A DNA stretch of 11,730 nt from assembly GCA_038217285.1 (NCBI GenBank), contig JBBQPO010000198.1, positions 1 through 11,730 of the forward strand, written 5' to 3'. The translations under genes were made by a program, and so were the position numbers. Below are positions 1-6,101 of the stretch, piece by piece (position 1 is the stretch's first letter; the number at the start of each line of letters is the position of its first letter). The notes under the pieces are model-generated. The model searched no databases and had not been told where the DNA came from. It saw nothing but the letters and a program-made list of their open reading frames with translations. The DNA comes from Chthonomonadales bacterium. Lineage in GTDB: Bacteria > Armatimonadota > Chthonomonadetes > Chthonomonadales > Chthonomonadaceae.

Positions 1-122
1 TCGTCGTCGTTCTGATCCTCGCCATCCTCATGGCCGTCGCCATGCCGCTCTACCTCAGCGCGGTCGCCGACTCTCAACTGAAGACCTGCCGCGCCAACAT
101 GCAGACCATCGCCAACGCCGTG
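1..122 (+). repeat. Direct repeat copy A (pilin 5' constant region); partner 3858-3979
   Basis: Manual alignment at offset 3857 gives 119/122 identity; the only mismatches are 77-79 (act) vs 3934-3936 (gaa). May extend left of the window. Confidence 0.95.
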
Positions 123-341
123 CAGGCAGCCCGTACCAAGAGCGGGGCGGCCGACTATGGCACCCTGATCACCGGCGGCGTCACCACCGTCAACCTGCCG
201 GACCTGACGGCGGCCCCGGCCTGCCCGAACTCCGGAGCCTACACCCTGATCAACGGCACCAGCGGCGACCCTACCACCTTCAAGGTCAGTTGCAGCGCGA
301 CCGGCCATGGAACGTTCGAACCGGGCGTAGACAGCAAGTAG
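1..341 (+). CDS. Type IV pilin (major-pilin-like), copy 1; 5'-truncated by the window edge
   Basis: The frame is open from base 3 (VVVLILAILMAVAMPLY...), so the ORF-track start at 30 is an internal Met. The hydrophobic helix is identical to that of the complete pilin at 3794-4195. TAG stop at 339-341. Codons are strongly C/G-ending. Confidence 0.92.
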   Translation, partial: VVVLILAILMAVAMPLYLSAVADSQLKTCRANMQTIANAVQAARTKSGAADYGTLITGGVTTVNLPDLTAAPACPNSGAYTLINGTSGDPTTFKVSCSATGHGTFEPGVDSK

Positions 342-379
342 TTTCTGCATCTCTCTGTAGCCCTCACAGGCTGTGGAAA

Positions 380-425
380 AAGGCTCCGGCAGGCCCTGGA
401 AAGACCTGTCGGAGCCTTCTCTTTC
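380..425 (+). terminator. Post-pilin hairpin; probable intrinsic terminator/attenuator or mRNA stabiliser
   Basis: aaggctccggcagg (380-393) pairs with cctgtcggagcctt (405-418): 14 bp with one G-U, 11-nt loop, followed by ctctttc. The U-tract is imperfect. Confidence 0.65.
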
Positions 426-502
426 AGCTCGGAAAGGGACGGTGGCGTGAGAACCCCGATGTCCCTACTCCGCAAGCTTTCTTTTCCGAGGGGAGTCGTG
501 TC

Positions 503-3500
503 ATGAGTCTCGTACCACTACTGTTTCAGCGCCGGCTGCGGGCGGGCGTTCTGCTGATACCGGCTGCCAGCCTCTGCGCCCTCACGCCGGCCCACTCCCA
601 GCAGTCCGCAGCGCCTGTTCCTCACACCAGGGTAGCGACCGCATCGACGCCGACTGCTTCTGCGACCAGATCCAGAGCCTCCCGGAACTTCGCCCACCTG
701 CCTGTAGCCTTCGAGCGCAATCAGGGACAGGTCGATCATCGGGTACAGTTCCTGGTGCATCAGCCCCACTCCACTCTCTTTCTGACGCCGACAGAGGCCG
801 TTTTCGCGTTCGACGCGCCGCAGACCGGTGATTTAGCTCCTTCTTGCGCTCCTCTGGCGCGCTCACATGCCTCTGTCCGTAAGATCGGGTTGGCTTCTGT
901 GCTGCGGATGCAGATGGTGGGCGCCAACGGCAAAGCCGAAGCCATAGGAGAGCAGGCTCTGCCTGGGAAGGTCAACTACTTCGTCGGCCGAGACCGCAGC
1001 CGATGGCAGGCCGGAGCTTCCACGTTCGCGAAGGCCCGGTACCGGGGCATCTACCACGGAGTCGACATGGTCTACTATGGCAGTCGGCAGCATCTGGAGT
1101 ACGACTTCGTGGTGGCGCCGCACGCCGACCCCCGCCAGATCACTCTGCGCTTCGCCGGCGCGGATAAGGTGCGGGTAAACCGTGCGGGCGATCTGGAAGT
1201 GAAGGTGCATGGCCGGACACTGACCTGGCAGAGACCGATGGTCTACCAGGAGAACAGAACGGGGCGACAGAGAGTGGCGTGCGGATACAGGCTCTCTCAC
1301 AGCGCACAGGGCCAGCCGACGGTTCGCTTTGCGCTCAGCCGCTACAATGCGGGCAGGCAACTGGTGATCGATCCGGCCCTCGTCTACTCCACCTTTCTGG
1401 GGGGCAGCATCGGCGAAGCCGGCAACGGCATTGCGATCAACTCCGCAGGCAACGCCTTTATTACAGGCATTACAAGCTCAACCGACTTCCCCAAAATCGC
1501 CGGAGCCTACCAGCCTACCAACCGGAGCACCACACGTGCCAATGCTTTTGTGTCGAAACTCAGCGCGGACGGTACGACGCTTATCTACTCGACCTATCTG
1601 GGCGGCAGCGGCTATGAGTCGGGCAACAGCATTGCGATCGACTCTGCAGGCAACGCCTATATCACCGGCGAGACGGATTCGAGCGACTTCCCCACGACGA
1701 TCGGCGCCCGGCAGAGAACGAGTTTCAATGCCGCCACCGGCTTCGTTACGAAGCTCAACGCGACAGGCACCGCTCTTATCTACTCGACTTATCTGGGCGG
1801 CTCGGTCGGCGACACCGGCAACGGCATTGCGGTCGATTCCTCAGGCAACGCCTATATCACCGGCTATACGAGTTCGACCGACTTTCCTGTCACCTATGGG
1901 GCCTACCAAAGGGCAAATCACAGCACATTCAATACAAACGCCTTTGTGACCAAACTCAATGCGGAGGGCACCGGTCTGGTCTATTCGACCTATGTGGGCG
2001 GCAGCGGTTACGAGTCGGCAAGCGGCATCGCCATCGATTCCGCCGGGAACGCTTACATCACGGGCTACACAGGCTCGACCGATTTCCCCGCGACGCCCAA
2101 CGCCTACCAGACGACCAACCATAGCAGCAGCACGAACGCCTTTGTGACCAAACTCAATGCGGCGGGCACGCTTCTGCTCTATTCGACCTATCTGGGCGGC
2201 AGCAGTTACGAGTCGGGCAACGGCATCGCGCTCAATTCGGCAGGGGAGGCCTACGTCACGGGCTATACGGGCTCGACCGACTTCCCGACGACGAACAACG
2301 CCTACCAGACGACAAAATCGAGCGCTGGAGGCTCGAGCGCGTTTGTGACGAAACTGAACTCCATCGGCACAGGCCTCCTCTGCTCTACCTTCCTGGGCGG
2401 AACGGGCTACGAAGCCGGCAGCAGCATTACGCTCGACATTTCGGGCCATCCCTTTCTGACCGGCTATACGGTTTCGACCGACTTTCCCACGACCGCAGGC
2501 GCGAATCAGACGACCAAACGCGATATCAGCGCGAGCCTGTATGGATTTGTCACCAAAATGGACTCGGCCTGCACGACCCTCCTCTACTCGACCTACCTTG
2601 GAGGAACGGCCGGTGATAAGGGCAACGGCATCACCGTCGATTCCGCAGGCAACGCCTATATCACCGGATCCGCCGCCTCGCTGGACTTCCCCATTACGGC
2701 GGGCGCCTTTCAGCGAACCAACCGGGGAGCCAGAGACGGTAGCTCCTTCGTGACCAAGCTAAATTCGAATGTCAACATTCCCCGGGTGTCTGCCGACTTC
2801 AACGGCGACGGCAAGAGTGATATGTTCCTTCAGAATCCGAGCACCGGACAGATCACGGTATGGTACATGAACGCCTTTAACCGCGTCGGCGGTGCGTACC
2901 TCTCTATGAACCCCGGAACCGACTACGATCTGATAGGGAACGGCGACTTCAAAGGGGACGGGACGACCACGCTGGTGCTCCAGAACCGAAACGATAACAG
3001 CGTCGTCTACTGGTATGCCCAGGGCGCCGACCGAACGGTTATCACAGGCGGAGACACTGTCCACCCCACGCCGGATGCGGGCTGGAAGGTGGTAGGAATA
3101 GGCGATTTTAACGGGGATGGCAAATCCGACCTCGTCCTGCAAAATCAGAAGACCAATCAAATTGCGATCTGGTACATGAATGGTCCTTACTATCAAGGAG
3201 GGCTTGTGATGTCGGTCACACCGCTGGAAGGATGGCAGGTCAAGGGAGCAGGGGACCTCAACGGCGACGGCAATCCCGACCTTGTCTTCCAGAACCAGAC
3301 TAGCGGGCAGGTAGTCATCTGGTATTTGAGCGGCGGATCCTTCATCGGAGGGAATCTCGTGAACGCGTCGCTCACGCCCGATTGGCAGGTGGCCGGCGTA
3401 GCGGACTACAACAGCGATGGCCTCGCGGATCTGGTGTTTCAGAATCAGACCACCAATCAGGGCGCCGTCTGGTTCATGAACGGCACAACCTACCTGGGCG

Positions 3501-3556
3501 GCAGCGTGCTCAACACGGATATCGCCGCGGGATGGCGCATCGCCGGTCCCAAGTAA
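503..3556 (+). CDS. Secreted/surface protein: signal peptide, conserved N-terminal domain, 7 SBBP (beta-propeller) repeats, 5 C-terminal FG-GAP/VCBS-like repeats (1017 aa)
   Basis: ATG 503 follows SD-like gaggggag (488-495). Signal-like RRLRAGVLLIPAASLCALTPAHS-Q. Motifs FERNQGQ, VNYFVG, YRGIYHGVDMVYYG, LEYDFVVAPHADP and LVIDP are typical of the domain preceding SBBP repeats. 7x YSTYLGGS..E.GNGIAIDSAGNAYITG.T.STDFP and 5x DFNGDGKSD-like motifs. Confidence 0.88.
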   Translation: MSLVPLLFQRRLRAGVLLIPAASLCALTPAHSQQSAAPVPHTRVATASTPTASATRSRASRNFAHLPVAFERNQGQVDHRVQFLVHQPHSTLFLTPTEAVFAFDAPQTGDLAPSCAPLARSHASVRKIGLASVLRMQMVGANGKAEAIGEQALPGKVNYFVGRDRSRWQAGASTFAKARYRGIYHGVDMVYYGSRQHLEYDFVVAPHADPRQITLRFAGADKVRVNRAGDLEVKVHGRTLTWQRPMVYQENRTGRQRVACGYRLSHSAQGQPTVRFALSRYNAGRQLVIDPALVYSTFLGGSIGEAGNGIAINSAGNAFITGITSSTDFPKIAGAYQPTNRSTTRANAFVSKLSADGTTLIYSTYLGGSGYESGNSIAIDSAGNAYITGETDSSDFPTTIGARQRTSFNAATGFVTKLNATGTALIYSTYLGGSVGDTGNGIAVDSSGNAYITGYTSSTDFPVTYGAYQRANHSTFNTNAFVTKLNAEGTGLVYSTYVGGSGYESASGIAIDSAGNAYITGYTGSTDFPATPNAYQTTNHSSSTNAFVTKLNAAGTLLLYSTYLGGSSYESGNGIALNSAGEAYVTGYTGSTDFPTTNNAYQTTKSSAGGSSAFVTKLNSIGTGLLCSTFLGGTGYEAGSSITLDISGHPFLTGYTVSTDFPTTAGANQTTKRDISASLYGFVTKMDSACTTLLYSTYLGGTAGDKGNGITVDSAGNAYITGSAASLDFPITAGAFQRTNRGARDGSSFVTKLNSNVNIPRVSADFNGDGKSDMFLQNPSTGQITVWYMNAFNRVGGAYLSMNPGTDYDLIGNGDFKGDGTTTLVLQNRNDNSVVYWYAQGADRTVITGGDTVHPTPDAGWKVVGIGDFNGDGKSDLVLQNQKTNQIAIWYMNGPYYQGGLVMSVTPLEGWQVKGAGDLNGDGNPDLVFQNQTSGQVVIWYLSGGSFIGGNLVNASLTPDWQVAGVADYNSDGLADLVFQNQTTNQGAVWFMNGTTYLGGSVLNTDIAAGWRIAGPK
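1379..2770 (+). repeat. Seven intragenic tandem SBBP repeats (about 195-204 bp each)
   Basis: YST/CST motif codons begin at 1385, 1586, 1781, 1982, 2180, 2381 and 2585 (spacings 201, 195, 201, 198, 201, 204). Confidence 0.9.
2792..3553 (+). repeat. Five FG-GAP/VCBS-like repeats (about 50 aa each)
   Basis: D-[FLY]-[NK]-[GS]-D-G motifs begin at 2795, 2945, 3104, 3254 and 3404, each followed by L.[LF]QN.......[IVY]W[YF]. Confidence 0.88.
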
Positions 3557-3575
3557 AGAAACCGACGTTCTTGGC

Positions 3576-3614
3576 AGCAAGGAGCCTGGCGATTTCACTG
3601 CCAGGCTCCTTGCT
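3576..3614 (+). terminator. Perfect 15-bp inverted repeat after the SBBP gene (terminator-like/stabiliser hairpin)
   Basis: agcaaggagcctggc (3576-3590), 9-nt loop, gccaggctccttgct (3600-3614). No adjacent U-run. Confidence 0.6.
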
Positions 3615-3718
3615 ATGGGCAACGCTCCAACGATTCCTCTTCTCCCCTTCTTCCTTTTATTTCGATATCGATCCCAAAATGTGCCATTTCGCAGATGTCT
3701 TCTTCCTGTTCGCTGGAA

Positions 3719-3724
3719 TACAAT
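3719..3724 (+). promoter_or_regulatory. Candidate sigma70-type -10 element (TACAAT) for pilin copy 2
   Basis: TACAAT lies about 70 nt upstream of ATG 3794 in a lower-GC intergenic region. No convincing -35 at 17 bp spacing (tgtctt). Confidence 0.35.
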
Positions 3725-3793
3725 AGGATCACTGGAGCGGAGACGTTCCAAGAGAAACCCGACGTTCCTAACCTGCTCACCAAGGAGACACTC

Positions 3794-4195
3794 ATGGTCC
3801 GCAAGCAACTGCTCGCCTCTTCCCGAAACCGCAAAGGTTTCACGCTCATCGAACTGCTCGTCGTCGTTCTGATCCTCGCCATCCTCATGGCCGTCGCCAT
3901 GCCGCTCTACCTCAGCGCGGTCGCCGACTCTCAGAAGAAGACCTGCCGCGCCAACATGCAGACCATCGCCAACGCCGTGGCGTCTGCCCGCGTCAAGAGT
4001 GGGGTCGCCGACTTTTCAGGATTTATCGGCGCTATCACCACCACCCTTGAACCCGACCTGACGGCGGTTCCCGCCTGCCCGGTCGCTGGAGCGACCGCCT
4101 ATACAATCGCCGCCGGCACCATCAGTACCTCCTTCAAGGTCGTCTGCTCCAACGCACTGCACGGCTCGTTCGAGCCGGGCGTCGATCACAACTAA
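3794..4195 (+). CDS. Type IV pilin (major-pilin-like), copy 2; 15-aa class III leader plus 118-aa mature pilin
   Basis: Strong SD aaggag (3782-3787) before ATG 3794. MVRKQLLASSRNRKG|FTLIELLVVVLILAILMAVAMP is a canonical prepilin cleavage/N-methylation site with G-1, F1, E5 and P22. Confidence 0.95.
   Translation: MVRKQLLASSRNRKGFTLIELLVVVLILAILMAVAMPLYLSAVADSQKKTCRANMQTIANAVASARVKSGVADFSGFIGAITTTLEPDLTAVPACPVAGATAYTIAAGTISTSFKVVCSNALHGSFEPGVDHN
3858..3979 (+). repeat. Direct repeat copy B (pilin 5' constant region); partner 1-122
   Basis: 119/122 identity with 1-122 by manual alignment. Confidence 0.95.
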
Positions 4196-4241
4196 GCCTG
4201 AAGCATCAGGGCTGTGTCCGACCGGGTCGGACCGGACACAG

Positions 4242-4285
4242 AGTTCCGACAGGCTTCAAGAAAACCTGTCGGAACTGCCTTCTTC
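4242..4285 (+). terminator. Post-pilin hairpin homologous to 380-418
   Basis: agttccgacagg (4242-4253), 11-nt loop, cctgtcggaact (4265-4276): perfect 12 bp, followed by gccttcttc. Confidence 0.65.
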
Positions 4286-4360
4286 GATCTGAACCGAATC
4301 GCGTAGGCTCTCTCCGAGGACACTCTGTCCCAGCCCTCCTCTCCCGTCAGGAGTCTAAAA

Positions 4361-5614
4361 ATGACTTTTTTCCGATTGCAATTTCAGAAACGTCGCGGCG
4401 CCATCCTGCTCCACGTCCTCATCTTCCTGGTCATAATAAGTATTCTTCTCGCCGGGATGGCCCAACTGATGGTTTCGGACTATTCGATTGTGAAAGTCGA
4501 AAATGACTATTCAAACTCCCTGGTGGTGGCCGAAGCGGGCATCAACTACGAGCTTCGCAAGATCAGCACCAACTCGGCGACAGCAGATCAGAAACAGGGA
4601 ACCGGTCCGGCCGGCACCTCCTATACCACGGCAGCAGGTACGTTTCAGGTCTATGTCACGCAGCGCAACCCGGATGGCACGGAGCCGACGCCCTGGGTTC
4701 CAGGCAAAAACCTCTGGATATACTCCACGGGCGGAGTCAACAATCTGACACGCTCCGTAAAAGTCGCGGCCGTCGCCTATACGAATACACCCACCGCCAA
4801 CTATGCCGTTTTTGGAGTTTCCGAGGGTCTGATGAACGGTTCCGCGACCACGGTCAATGGCGACGTGGGGACCAACGGCTTTTTTAACTTCAACGGACAT
4901 CCGACGGTTACCGGGAACGTCACCTTCAACGGAGCGGGATCGAACTGGCAAAGCCCTCCCAACGGCTCGTATACGGTCGTTCATAACGCCAATGCGGTGA
5001 ACTGGCCTACGGTAGAGACGATCGCCGTCAACACTTTCGGGGCTCAGGGCCTCAGCTACGTCGCCGCGCACAACGATAATGCTCTCGCCAGTCCTGCCAT
5101 CCCCACCACGGGCCAGAACGCGAATATGGTGCTGATAAATGGCAACGGAAACCAGACCTTCGCCGGCAAGGCCGGCGGCGCCAACTACTACCTGACGAGC
5201 CTGACCTGCAACGGCAACTCCAAGATCGTTTTCGACAACACGAACGGCCCGATCAATATCTGGTTTGGGCCGAGCGGCACCTCCAGCACCTTTGTCTTCA
5301 ATGGAGGCGCCGCCGCCGTGAAATCGACGCCGGCCTCCCCGAACGCTGTCCGCATCTATCTGGCCACGACCAACGACGTCATTCTGAACGGCAACTCCGA
5401 GTTGGACGCTGGCGTCTACAATATCAACAACGCGGCGACCGGACGGGTGATTTTCAACGGCACCCCGAACATCATTGGGGCGGTATTCAGCAATAAGTTT
5501 ACTTTTAATGGCAACCCTACCGTCTCTGCCGTACAGGGCTACTTTTCTCCAACGGGAAGTGTGCTTTACTATGGGTGCGTTCCACCGTGGTTCGAAGTCG
5601 GCGGGGTCAACTGA
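4361..5614 (+). CDS. PilX/GspK-like large minor pilin with an Asn/Gly/Thr-rich, probably beta-solenoid C-terminal domain
   Basis: SD aggag (4349-4353). KRRG|AILLHVLIFLVIISILLAG leader and helix lack E5, as is typical of PilX/GspK. PilX_N-like SLVVAEAGINY motif; IYSTG.V..LTRSVKV motif; many (F/L/I)NG repeats downstream. Confidence 0.75.
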   Translation: MTFFRLQFQKRRGAILLHVLIFLVIISILLAGMAQLMVSDYSIVKVENDYSNSLVVAEAGINYELRKISTNSATADQKQGTGPAGTSYTTAAGTFQVYVTQRNPDGTEPTPWVPGKNLWIYSTGGVNNLTRSVKVAAVAYTNTPTANYAVFGVSEGLMNGSATTVNGDVGTNGFFNFNGHPTVTGNVTFNGAGSNWQSPPNGSYTVVHNANAVNWPTVETIAVNTFGAQGLSYVAAHNDNALASPAIPTTGQNANMVLINGNGNQTFAGKAGGANYYLTSLTCNGNSKIVFDNTNGPINIWFGPSGTSSTFVFNGGAAAVKSTPASPNAVRIYLATTNDVILNGNSELDAGVYNINNAATGRVIFNGTPNIIGAVFSNKFTFNGNPTVSAVQGYFSPTGSVLYYGCVPPWFEVGGVN

Positions 5615-5639
5615 CGTGGCTCCGAATGGGGAGACGAGA

Positions 5640-6101
5640 ATGAAAAACGGCTTTTCGGGTCGGCGCCGGTCTGGTCTGAGCTACGTGGAAGTGCTGGTGG
5701 CCTCCGCCATCTGCGTTCTATGTATGTCTATTATGATCCAACTCTGGTCTTTTTCGGTCCTCTTGACCGTGCAGACCACCGATAACGCGGTTGCCTGCGA
5801 TCTGGCGCGTCAGACGGTGGAAGCGCTGAAAGAGACCGGATTCACCCAGACACCGGAAGCGCCGACATCGGCGCCTCTGGTCCACTATTTCGATATCGGC
5901 ACGCACAACCTGGACAGCACGCCCACCGCAGCCCGTTACAAAGTGGCGACGACCGTGGTCAGCGACTATACGATTCCGGCCTCGAATCCCGTTTTACCGG
6001 CCGGCAACGCTCTCCGCACGGTGACCACGACTGTCACCCTGGTATCGACCGGAGTGACTCTAACAACGCTGACCACCTATCTCTCCAGGGAGGGAATATG
6101 A
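5640..6101 (+). CDS. Minor pilin, PilV/GspI-like (153 aa)
   Basis: SD ggggag (5628-5633) before ATG 5640. RRRSG|LSYVEVLVASAICVLC is a class III signal with E5. A..LA...VE.LK helix motif is typical of PilV/GspI-like pilins. Confidence 0.75.
   Translation: MKNGFSGRRRSGLSYVEVLVASAICVLCMSIMIQLWSFSVLLTVQTTDNAVACDLARQTVEALKETGFTQTPEAPTSAPLVHYFDIGTHNLDSTPTAARYKVATTVVSDYTIPASNPVLPAGNALRTVTTTVTLVSTGVTLTTLTTYLSREGI

Noticed and set aside
361-420. Superficial resemblance to a c-di-GMP-I (GEMM) riboswitch
   Set aside because: No GNRA tetraloop/receptor pair or two-stem architecture found; a simple post-gene hairpin explains it. An Rfam scan would settle it.
290-502. ORF-track N-terminal extension of the SBBP protein
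   Set aside because: Overlaps pilin 1 and its hairpin; the SD and signal peptide support ATG 503. The same reasoning rejects upstream starts at 3695, 5475, 6720, 8275 and 9020.
1379-2770. Regular 200-bp periodicity as a CRISPR array or DGR template/variable repeats
   Set aside because: In-frame protein repeats with no unique spacers, no adenine-specific mismatch pattern noticed, and no cas or reverse transcriptase gene in the window.
3587-3602. Sigma54-like GG-N10-GC (tggcgatttcactgc) upstream of pilin 2
   Set aside because: Arises automatically from the hairpin arms around a 9-nt loop (same spacing on both strands) and lacks the TGGCAC/TTGC consensus.
2759-3808. 349-aa minus-strand ORF (also 6155-7105, 6600-7628 and other short overlapping ORFs)
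   Set aside because: Antisense or alternative-frame shadows of real genes, with Arg/Gly/Pro-rich composition and no family motifs.
1-4195. Invertible (Moraxella-type) pilin switch or composite transposon
   Set aside because: The pilin copies are in direct, not inverted, orientation, and no invertase, transposase or terminal inverted repeats are visible.
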